In this document: piece after piece, positions 37,401-49,383 of the stretch
How the letters are laid out: each line of letters begins with the position of its first letter
Position numbering within the stretch: the first letter of the stretch is position 1
Assembly (NCBI GenBank): GCA_048013815.1
Contig: CM106585.1
Span: 2,976,001-3,040,000 of the forward strand
Direction of reading: 5' to 3'
Length of the DNA stretch: 64,000 bases
Source of the DNA: Setoptus koraiensis
Lineage: Eukaryota > Animalia > Arthropoda
Made by a program: the position numbers and the translations under genes
The notes under the pieces: model-generated
The model's input: the letters and a program-made list of their open reading frames with translations, nothing else
Told to the model about the DNA's origin: nothing
Databases searched by the model: none

Positions 37401-40122
37401 GTCTCTCTCTCTCTCTCTCTCGCGCGCGCTGAGCCATTCATCTGGCTCAGCGGTCAGCAGCTTACGCAATCACGTTGCATCACGTCGCTGGTCGTTAATG
37501 GGCATTTATTTTTGGTTGGCGGGCCATTGGTGGCACCGTCGTTGCGTAATGGCTGCTGTCCAATCGGCCACCAGTGGACCTGCCAGCGAGCCACTCTGGA
37601 CACTATTTGAGCGGTATTAGCTCGACCGCCAGAAGCGTGTGTGTGTGTGTGCGCGCTGTTCTGTGCCCTGTCCGCGGCTCGGCCAGGGGATAGAGGCGAC
37701 AGGCAACAATGTTTGCATAGGCAGCGAAATTGCCTGTCCCCTGGCCGCAGCCGACGGCCGCCCGCCGCCCCCTCGCCCCGGTTGGGCCGTCGGCCGCTGT
37801 CGGCCGCTGTCGGCCGCTATCGGCGATCGCTGTCGCTGGCCCACACTCTCTACTGGAGAGTCTCTACTGGGGTCTCCAGTCGAGTGCCACTATCCACCCT
37901 TCACGTTGGCAACAGCAGTGTGTGTGTGTGTGTGGTTTTGGCCCAACGGAGACACCTAATAACACGCTCTCTTGTTCTTTGCCTGCCCCCCGCACTCTGC
38001 CCCGGCGGCATTCTAGCGGCAGCGCCATTGGACGGAGCTCACACAGTGTGCGCTCCACTATATATAGAACTGTTAGTGCAACAGGAAGCGTGCTGAACAC
38101 AATGCTGCCGCTAGTGCCGCCGCTGCCAGCGCACACAGCAGCCATCGAACGAAAAGACGGCGCGCACAAATCGAACAATTTGCGCAAGTCGAGCCGCAAA
38201 CTCACACATGAAGTGAAAGTGAACGCAGCCAACGCAGCAAACACAGCGAACGAATAACACACGCACTTGCGTCAGCCATAACATGTAACATGGGCCGACT
38301 CGCGCACAAAATGCAGCGCGACATACTGGCGGTGCAGTGTTAGTGGGGTGCGCAAAAGCAACGCACTGCTGGCAACTCGCTAACGGGGGCAAGAGTTGGC
38401 AGCTTGCAATATATTGTTGCCGCTTGCTCCATATACAAGATATATTAACATCTGCATGCTGCACTGCCAGCAAATGCTTGCATGACACAAGTTGCAGAGC
38501 CGCTACTAGCGGCCCACCACTACCGCTGGCGCTAACAGTTCAGCTGGCGCTCGCTAGAGCCCCAACACGCGGGACAACCATTGCTGGCACTGGCATGCAC
38601 AGCTACCATGCAGAGCCGCACTATATGAGAAGATCAGGTCCGCCGGCTGCCTGTATGGCACTGTGTGCAGCGCACGGGCACAAAACATAACATTGCGTCG
38701 CATGTGCTGTGGGCGGTGCGTGTACCAAGCGTGTGTTGCGTCGAGCACAGTGTGCGCAAAACTAGTGCACCACACTGCAAGCGATGCGTCAATGCGCACG
38801 ATCTGTGCTTGCGTTTTGTGTGAACACGCAAGAAGCATTGTGGCAGTGGCAGCGCAGGCAGCAGCTTGTTACACCCTGCACTGTCGCTGGCGAACTATCG
38901 ACTAAATGCTTGCGAGAGTGTGTAGCGCGCGCGTCATTGTCCGCATCGAACAAACTCAGCGCGCCACGTGAAGCAGCACCCTTGCACACATTCTTGCAGC
39001 ACCACAAACACCACCAGCAGCGGCAGCCCCCCCCCCACCCCCAGAAGCCTCAACAGCCCCCACAGCGGCCTCAAGCAGCATTAAAGTCTTACAACTCAAG
39101 CCAGCGAGCTCAGAGGGGCCAATAGCTCGACGCGCACTATTACTGCGCGCAGCGGTTAGGGCCATTTGTAGATCGTAAGCGCCCGATAGAAGCAAAATTG
39201 TGTGTAGTAGCCGCGCGAGAAAGAAAGGGGGCCAAACAGATAAAGGAGTGCGGGTCAGGCTAGCTATATGATCACACGTACACAGTCAGTGGCAGCAGCA
39301 AGCAGCAAGAATAGCCAGCCGTCTGCTGTAGAGTGTCTACAGTACAGAGCGTACACATACACACAATGCCATTTGTTTGATTGAATAACCATCATTATGA
39401 TCACAGAAGCAATAATCGAACTTTCGATCTACGTGCCAACTAAAATGTTCGATCGCTACCGATCGTCTCACATTGTAAACCATCGAATATCATCGTTACA
39501 TCGTCACTATTTATTTTCCATCTAAATTATTATTATTATTATTATTATTGTTTATCCGCCGCGCCAGTTAAATTGCTCCTCACCAAGATTAATATTATCA
39601 ACTAAAACAAAGTAACAACAAAAATGTCGCCGCAATTTCATCCGGATAAGACAGCATTACTAAGATTGTTATTTATTCGACGCAAATCAGACGAAACAAA
39701 CGACGAGAAAAGAAAAACGCGCAATAACAACAGCTCATTGGCAACAGTCGTGTCGTCTGTCGCAACTGTCAGCATCAGCTAATGCATTCGCAGTTATGCT
39801 AATAATGCTAATTTACGCTCTAGTCACCTAAGTGGACACCCCCCTCCAATAGTATTATATATATATATAATTAGATATATTTATGCTAGATTCATCTATT
39901 CCCCGCTGCATCACCAGAACGACAAACAACCTGACATACAACAAATATCATGCTGCCAACTCACACTACCAGTAGCCACTAGCATCATATTTGTTTTTCC
40001 TCACTGCTAGTAGCGGTAGTGGTAGTAGTTAGGTTAGATTGAGACATTTATTCACATATTCTCACCAATCACCATCATCATCATCATATTCATTTGATAT
40101 CACAATCGACAAGCCCACACTG

Positions 40123-43100
40123 ATGTTCAGTAATATGTGCGAACATTCAAACGGTAAGTAGACACTTTCACTTCTAACTCAAGTCAGTCAAAATTGATTG
40201 ATACTCACTCAAATTTCACGAAAGATACATCCGCATTCACCAGTACATGTAAATCGGGCATGCTGATGCACGAGTTGTCTCACGAAGGCTCTGACAATCA
40301 TGTCACACGAAACACAACGAAAAATGCTTTGAAAATCCGATACGAAAAATCCCGATATGTACCCGGCATAACCCATATGCAAACATGCCCGCGCGATGCA
40401 CGTGAACAAGCCGTGAGAGCAAAGAGTTGTATCACCTCCCTTCAACTAATGCATCAACCATATAAACATGAAGAACATCATCAGGTGACTCAATCACTCT
40501 TGAGTCGTTAATTAGCGTTGCTTCATGACGTAACTAGAATCAAAAATAACAAAATAACTCAACTGTTTACTTTCTTATTTTGTACATTTTATATTAACAT
40601 TATATTGTTGTAAAAATCCGCATTCCATCCTAATCATATAACAAAATGATCTCCAGGGTGGCGGCCAGAAGATGGCGTCCCCGATCTGGCTATGATGAGC
40701 GATATCACCGGCGACGGAATCAATGTCAATCTGAGGACTCGCTACAAGAGAAATCAAATATATACATTTGCTGGCTCTATACTCACCGCTGTAAATCCAT
40801 ACAAACAATTAGATATTTACAATGCAAAATGGATTGCCAAATACCGAGCACAAAAACTCGATCATACGGAACCACACATTTTCGCTATGGCAGAGGCCAT
40901 GTATATGAATTTGATTATGCAATTGGACGAAAAACTTTCATTAAATCAAGCGTGCGTTATATCAGGAGAGAGTGGTGCCGGCAAAACTGAAACTACCAAA
41001 TTCATCCTATCCTACTTGTGTGCCGTTACACCAAATAAGTCATCTTGGATGGAACATCAAATATTAGAGGCAAATACTATATTAGAGGCGTTCGGAAATG
41101 CAAAAACTATTAGAAATGATAATAGCAGCAGATTTGGTAAATTTATTCAAGTTTGTTTTGATGGACATTCGCAGATTAAAGGCTGCATTATTCAAGACTA
41201 TCTTCTGGAACAATCAAGGATTACTTTCCAGTGTAAAGGCGAACGCAACTATCATGTCTTCTATCAATTAATAGCAGCGGCACAAACAAATGATGATCTG
41301 GCGAAAAAGTTTCATTTAAAACAATGCCAATTTTACAATTACTTAAATAATTCAAATTGTTACACTATTGATGGTGTCGACGATTGCTCAATGTATGACT
41401 CACTCCGGCTTGCCATGTCAGTTCTTGGAGTGCCTCAAGATAATTGTGATGGAATATTCAGTGTACTAAGCGCAATATTGTTACTCGGCAATCTTGAATT
41501 TGATGATACAGAGACCGACGGAGAGATCTGCAAACTTACTGCAAAAGATAATGAGATAATTGACATTGTAGCCGAGTTGTTATCTGTTGAACGTGGACGG
41601 CTTGAAAAACTTACCTTGAGTAGAGAGATCAACGTTAGAGGCACTGTAACTGCCATTCCATTCAAAGTGAGCGAGGCACGTGATAATCGAAATGGTATGG
41701 CCAAGGCTCTGTATTCAAAAACTTTCGCTTGGATTGTGAATTTCATCAATGCTTCCACAAATCCCGGCAACGATCGCGACCGTTTCTTGGGGGTTCTGGA
41801 TATCTTTGGATTTGAAAATTTCGAAACTAATAGCTTCGAGCAATTATGTATCAATTATGCCAATGAAAAACTGCACCGATTCTTCAATCATCACATGTTT
41901 GCACTCGAGCAAGAACTGTATAAACAGGAAGGTATTGAATTTTGTGATATTAACTATACCGACAACACTAAATGTTTAGAATTGTTGGAAAAACCACCGA
42001 AATGTATACTACGTCTCCTAAGCGAAGAATGCCGAATGCCCGGAGGAAGTGATCAATCGTTTGTCAGTAAATTGCATCAAGAGTTCGGCGGTAATCAAGA
42101 ATCAAGCTCGTCTCACCCATATTATATTCGAGGAGATGACAGGAGAAAGTGGTCCAAAGAATTCTCTGTGAAACATTTTGCCGGTCCTGTGACATATAAT
42201 GTGGAAGGCTTTTTGCAAAAGAATAAAGATGTTCACCAAAGCCAGCTATTTGAGGTTATTGAGAACTCATCGAACCATCATCTTCGCGATTTGGCTAAAT
42301 GTCAGTGGTATTGGAGCGACAGCATCACACTAGTCAATTTTAAGAATCAGAATGGTGCTGCTTCCTTAGCTTCAAGTGATTCAGTATCATCTGGATTGTC
42401 GCAATATTCTAACAGCTTAAGTAGAAAAAATACTCGAACAGATTCACTTGATGAAGATAAAAACCAAAATGTCATTCGTGAAAAACCAAAGCTACGAACT
42501 CAACTGTCATTAAATTCCAATCAGCAATCATCTAGCAATAGTTCTGGAGGAATCTCAATAATACAACAGAGACGAGAATCTCTAACCTCAAATTCGATAT
42601 ACGGTTCTACATGTTCTAATAGCCAACAACACAGTCAGTCTAATAAATCAAAACCCATGGTAGCTGATGCATTCCGATATCAATTATCAGCACTCGTTGA
42701 ATTGTTGAATTCCGCCAATCCATGGTATGTTCGGTGCATAAAACCAAATCTGGATAAATCGGCAGAAGATTATGACGACAAGCAAGTTCTATTACAACTC
42801 AAATATTTGGGTATGACAGATCTGATCAAAATTAGACGTGAAGGTTTTCCAGTTCACTTCACCAAGCACCAATTTGTTTGCCGTTATCGCTGCCTCTTAC
42901 TAAAAAAACTTAGACTAGATAGACAATCAAAAGTTGGAGATACTAAAAATGACTGGGAGCTTAGTTTAGACGAAGAGAAATTGGATGTTACTTGCAAGAG
43001 AATGTTCGATTTGCTAGAATTGAATACAGGCGATTGGAAAATTGGAAAGACTATGGTGTTTTTACGTGATAGCATCCACCAGCCAATGGAAGAGAAAAGA

Positions 43101-45145
43101 AAACTACTTTTTATGAGGCAAGCGACCATCATTCAGGCCAAGTGGCGATCATTCAGAGTCCGAAAAAACTTCATACAAATGCGGCGTGCTGCGATGAAGA
43201 TACAGGAAGCTTTCTTGGCCTTCCGAGGTAGACTGGATTACCTAAGAAAAAAAAGAGCTGCAATAACAATTCAGGCATTTGTACGAGGTATGTTTGCTAG
43301 GGAGATAGCCGGTGCTTTACGAGAAATCAAAAGAGTCGAAGCAGATGCTCTCAGGAAACGTGCGGCAGAACTTGAAAGAAAAAGGCTTCTTGAACGTGAA
43401 AAAGAGTTAGAAATTGAATCTAATCATAAACAAGAAGCACTCATGAATCTTGAAAAGAAACAAGAGTTGTGTAATAATTCAAGTGAGAAAAATTCGGAAA
43501 CTAATTTGGAGACAGAAGATGAAGATACTTCTGCTGAAAATAACCAGGCAAACTATGATGGACGGGGATCATCGGAGCGTTGTTATGAAACCGAGACCGA
43601 TTCTGGAGATAATGATTCTATCCATCGCTCGCATTCCGAGGCCTCCTCTATCATTACTGAGGATGCGGATCCGAAGACAATGCATCCCTCTCTGGGTAGT
43701 ACGAGCAATGAACGATCTGCTCCACTCATAGACGTTGCAGAGGACAAGAATCTCAGGGATAAGCAAGAGATGGATGAGCTAATGCAACTGCTGGAAAAAC
43801 ACGGTATCTCAGTGAATCCGGAAGGTACGAACAACGATTTGTACTCTGATTTCAAAAAGTTGTATGATCTTCTCAACAGTAAATTACAAGCGAAGCAAGA
43901 TGCCCAATCAATCACTTCATCACTCAATGAGGATGATAGATATAGTTACACTAATAGCAATATTGGAGATGGCGACAACGTAAGTCACTCAGATCATAGT
44001 CAGATATCATCGACTATGGCAGAATCAGACATTACACAAACATCAACTCCAGCAGAGGACAACAACAACAATTCAATAATTAATTCCCAGGATGGAACGG
44101 AGAGCGATTCTACTAAAGGCACTGATACTATGAATCATAACTACGAAGTTTTGCAGACAAACGATCGTTGTAACTCAATGGAATCTATACCCTCTATCGC
44201 TAGTACGTCATCATCATTGTTATCCCAGCAGCCATCTAATTTGAACGGTGACAATATTAGCCATAGGCTAGATTCATTCAGACAGAATCAGCGACAAGAT
44301 TGTTCAGAACAACATAATCTAACAAAAAACTATCATATACCTCAAGAACAATTAGCATATAGCCACAATTATGCTATGCACAGTCAACGTCACGAAAAAA
44401 CTGCAGGGATTCTGACTAGAATTGAGGAGGAACCTAGCTCAAGTACAGCAACTACACCCTCCAAAACGCCATTAAAAAGACCTGTCAACTTAGCTAATCA
44501 TATATTATCGGAAATTCATCCATCTATCGAGGATCAACCCGGACAATTTTCACAGTCTGCCGAAATTAAGAGGAGGCGATTTGAGAGACGCACTTACTCT
44601 CAGGTGCAACAGCTACAGCAGCAACAACAAATTCAACAACAGAAAGCTTCCAATTTCGTTAATAATAATCAACCAGTGATGTCTCAGTATAGATCCACCA
44701 ACCAACAAAACGATTGCTCAGAACAAAAGGTATATGATCATTGTTATGGAAAACTCAATAGTGATGCTATTTACGAAACGAAAAAATGCAATATGATTGA
44801 ATTCGCTGAAAAAGTTTTTAACGACCATCCCAAAGATCAATCCACCGGTGGCATGATTCGCACTTTGACGAGAAGAAGAAAAAGTAATGATTCTGCTCCA
44901 GTGGAATGTTTGACGAAACGAGAGATGCTCACGTACACATCTAGTCCCTCAATCACAACCTCTCACATTAAGATGCATGATCCTCACAATGCACAATTGA
45001 GTTGCTCCATGTTCAAAAACCTACGGAAGTATATGACCGGAGAGGGTTTAAAACTGGAGATGGAAGTGCGAATCATCCAGTCTATGATCAGAAATGGCAT
45101 TGAGCGCGTGGAACTACGAGACGAAATCTATGTGCAAATTGTCCG
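40123..45145 (+). CDS. Myo22: Unconventional MyTH4-type myosin heavy chain, probably class XXII; exon 40123-40153 plus exon 40657->45145; 3'-truncated by the gap
   Basis: The motor has P-loop GESGAGKTE, switch I NDNSSRFGKF, switch II DIFGFE and YVRCIKPN. Then come three IQ motifs (IQAKWRSF, IQEAFLAF, IQAFVRGM), a charged helix, a long low-complexity tail and the start of MyTH4 (MIEFAEKVFN...HIKMHDP...ELRDEIYVQIV). A micro-exon MFSNMCEHSNG with donor gtaagt at 40154 splices in frame to ctccag|GG TGG CGG at 40657. The class call is from recalled similarity only. Confidence 0.9.
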
Positions 45146-45645
45146 NNNNNNNNNNNNNNNNNNNNNNNNNNNNNNNNNNNNNNNNNNNNNNNNNNNNNNN
45201 NNNNNNNNNNNNNNNNNNNNNNNNNNNNNNNNNNNNNNNNNNNNNNNNNNNNNNNNNNNNNNNNNNNNNNNNNNNNNNNNNNNNNNNNNNNNNNNNNNNN
45301 NNNNNNNNNNNNNNNNNNNNNNNNNNNNNNNNNNNNNNNNNNNNNNNNNNNNNNNNNNNNNNNNNNNNNNNNNNNNNNNNNNNNNNNNNNNNNNNNNNNN
45401 NNNNNNNNNNNNNNNNNNNNNNNNNNNNNNNNNNNNNNNNNNNNNNNNNNNNNNNNNNNNNNNNNNNNNNNNNNNNNNNNNNNNNNNNNNNNNNNNNNNN
45501 NNNNNNNNNNNNNNNNNNNNNNNNNNNNNNNNNNNNNNNNNNNNNNNNNNNNNNNNNNNNNNNNNNNNNNNNNNNNNNNNNNNNNNNNNNNNNNNNNNNN
45601 NNNNNNNNNNNNNNNNNNNNNNNNNNNNNNNNNNNNNNNNNNNNN
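45146..45645. other. Assembly gap (500 N)
   Basis: Exactly 500 N; it interrupts the myosin CDS mid-MyTH4. Confidence 0.99.
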
Positions 45646-48590
45646 AATGATGGACGAGTGCAAAGCTAGATTTATTATTACTAACACATTCAGTGATTAT
45701 ACAGACAGGTAGAGAGTCGTTATGTGCCATGATTGAGTTTAATTAAGGCTGCTTGTGTGTGTAATTACAGGCACACTAATAATAAAAATATTAAATAAAT
45801 AAGAAGTAAAGACACATTAAGACGATCTAGATAATTAGCATGAGTAAAACCAAAATAACTAATAAGAAAGTTGTGCAGTGAGAGAAGAAAGCCATGATGA
45901 CACAATTACCGCCAACAGTCGGTTGCTACTGTTATTTTTTGATGGGCGCTAAATAATCTGAGTCAGAAGCAACAAAAACTGTTCCAATTGAACTGAAGCC
46001 TTTAATATCGACTTTGTTTACGCATAGATTATAGAGTTTAAATCAAACAGGAGATTAACTTCATTGAATAAATAGAAGGACACATAGAGTTGAATACTCA
46101 GCAAGCCGCCAAGACAGTTAATAGAACACCATCATTATCAATTGTTAAGCAACTGTAGGCACATTAGAATTAAATGTGCTCTATGCTAGATCTAATGATA
46201 ATAATAACAATAATAATAATAATAATGCTTCTGCATAGGTTTAGCATATTATAATGATGCAATAATAAAAAAAAATAAATAAATAATCATAATATTATTG
46301 TTAGTTATAAAACAGCGACTAATGATGACTAATGACACACAAAAGTATTGAGGTGAGATGAGTTGTGTGTCTAAGGAAGATTAAGCACACACATATAAAT
46401 ATTTGGTTAATTGACAAGCAAGTAGCAACAGGTAAAATGTTGCTTCTCGCTATCTCACAAGTATCTTGCCGGGCCAATGTAGTCTCGACAAACAAGAATT
46501 GGCAACTAACAGCGGCAAGCTCAAAAGAAGAGCAATTGACTGTTCATTATAAACAAGTGAAGTGAAATGAAGCGTGAACGGGGCCCTTTTTACAATAATA
46601 GTATGCAAATTGTGAATGTGGCTAAAAGAGTTCACTTTAGAAATTTGTTGTTCAACATGTTGTTGTTGTTGTTTGTCAAAAAAGAAAGAGAATTAGGTTG
46701 TTATGTGTTGTTAACAGGAGAGAGAAGAAGAAAAAGAGACTTCCAACTTTTATACATTCCACAAAGTAATAGTGCCATTTCTGTTCAAAAAAGAACCAAT
46801 TCTATCTACAATTTTACAAAAATAACATGTGTACCATGCCATGATACATGTGATGATGACATAATAGTAGATTGTTGCAGATATATATGTTCAAATGTGA
46901 TGGTATCATCTCTTTCTTTCTCATTGGTTGTTCTCTATACTATAGCAAAAATAACATGAATAATATTTTCATTGTGTGACTATCTATTCTGCTGCCATTG
47001 GCTCACTTTTACTAGCAATAGTTACTAGTCAGTATATTAGTAAATATGCTAGTTTATTCAATGGTGGTCATCGGTGGTGCTCTTAATACTCCAACTGCAC
47101 ACACAAGATGTAGTATGAAGTATAAAGCATACAAACTGTATTTGTTCATTTGAGACTACAAATGAATTTGCATCAAACAAATTTAATGCAGAATTGTTTG
47201 CTTTAGTAACATAAATGTTGCGCTAGCTGGCAGGTTGCGCTGTCGTTGGGTGGTTATGTTGATAGAACTATTTGGTTTAATGACCGACCAAACAATAGTT
47301 TTGGCAATTTCGCCAAAATAATTCATTTGAATTATTTACTAATATTTAGTTAGTTGGACTTAACTCTCACCAGACGACAACTACCAGCAAAACGCACACA
47401 CACACACACACACACAATTTACTAAAACTCATTACTAGATATAACTAAAGGATCATGCTGATTATTACGTCATTAATTGAGAGCAGAGATGAACAGGATT
47501 TGTGTCTTGTGCCCCCGCAAACACAAGCACGCACACACTTTACTTGTTGAGAGTTACCACTGTCATTATTAGGAACAGACAGACATTTAATGAAACTACA
47601 AGTTTTTTGTCTATATATGTGTGTGACAATTCCAGCCAGCTCACATTCAACACCTAAATCACAACGAAAGAAAAAACATTGAAAGATATTCAATTCTTAT
47701 TTTTTTGTCACAATGCTTTTGTCTGCTCTCATATGAATGTAACGGTGTTGTTGTCGCTGGTGTTGTGATGTAACTGTAGCAACAAAAAGAATAGAAATGA
47801 ATGAATGAAAAAGACGTCCAACAATGTGTCATCATTATTATAATGAGTTCGAGCAAGAGAGCTTATTGTCATGTTGCTGCTGGCAGTACCATCATGCCAT
47901 GAGTGTGTGTGTGTGGTATCGTTTGCAAACAACAGCAATTCATTACAGGTGAGCTGGGTTTTATCTTTCTCCATGTTACACCTGTATTTGAGCACTTGTA
48001 TGAATTGTAGCCACCATCGTCATCACTGGCACAAGTTATTTGTTGCTGGTTGGTCGCTGGTTGCATAATTCGTGCATGTAACCGCAACTGTAACCATAAT
48101 TGACGACACAACATGGCCATTTTTCACACTTCCTATCATTGTTTCATCTGCTCTGGCTTTTTATTATATTGTTTTAGCTTATGCAACAACAGTTATCATT
48201 GCTAGAGCAATATTAGAGCGCTATTAATACGGCCAGCAGTGTTTAGTTTGGCTTTGAATTTTCGGGATGATCTCACAAAATGTAGTAAAACTTGAAAATG
48301 ATGATATGAAAAAAGAAATTGTTGCCAACAATGCCAGCTGTTGGTTGTACAAGCTGCGTATGTGTGTATGCCAACAACAAAAGAATATAACAAAAAGTGA
48401 TTTGGGTGACTTAAGCCACTTGTTGGTGGCTTAACAACAATTGTCACATTAATACGGCCAAACTTGGCCAGTGCTCGGCATGATTGACAGAAACAAAAAT
48501 GTCAACTAGAAACGGAAACAGCAACAACCAGTTTCGCAACAGCACACACATACATGCAAGATATGAAGAATGTAATGTAGTGAAACTTAC

Positions 48591-49350
48591 CACTATTCCT
48601 TGCAGCATCTATTATAATTGCTAATGGAGTGAACAAGAAATGGACCAGCTCAGGTGCGTTCGGGTCGTGAATGCAACCTTTTAATTTGGCCAACAAATTG
48701 AAGGCCAATTTAAATTTGCATAATATCTCATAGAAATCATCTTCGTTTGGTCCACGAGCTCTGCTGGCCAACAATCCATCGCCTGGCATTCCGTTAGTTG
48801 ATTTTTGTGTTTGACTTGATCTACGCATATTACGTCTAGTTTGCAATTCACGTTGTGCGGCAGCTGCATGTTGCAAGCGCATTATGAATTTCTCAATATC
48901 ATCAAAACAATGATTCAATACAGATACATAGGATTTGGTAGTTTCTGTATCGTTACTTGCAACCTGTTTGTTGTTGTTGTTTGTTTGTGTCGGTGTGTGT
49001 CCATTTGTAGTGCCAAGTGTTGATTGTCCAGCAGTTTGTAGCGAAAATTCAATTCAAACAAAACCATCAATCATTTTATCATTTCCAGTTTCATTTTTGT
49101 CAGTTTTTTTTTTCAATTTTATCATTTTTTGTTAATTTCATGTTTCAGTGTGTGTTATTATATGCATCAATCAAAATGATTTTGTATTTTGTTTTTTGAT
49201 TGAATAAGAAATGTAAGAGAAGGAGAAGAAAACAGTTTTATTTTGTCAGTAAATTTTGCTTGATTATAGCTCAACAAATGGCAACGATGATCGTCGATTG
49301 ATTATTGTTTGCTGCTAACAGCGCAACTACGACTACGCTTTCTGTCTATA

Positions 49351-49383
<33 letters not shown>

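Noticed and set aside
38990-39125. Q/P/H-rich frame after a ttcttgcag acceptor-like site
   Set aside because: Low complexity with no upstream partner exon identified; cannot be supported as coding.
47544-47653. Possible next Eps8 exon (GVECELAGIVTHIYRQKTCSFIKCLS...)
   Set aside because: Splice phase fits, but it does not convincingly match the expected Eps8 continuation (VVxPLL...LLxNCLTSKE...W), and the donor is weak.
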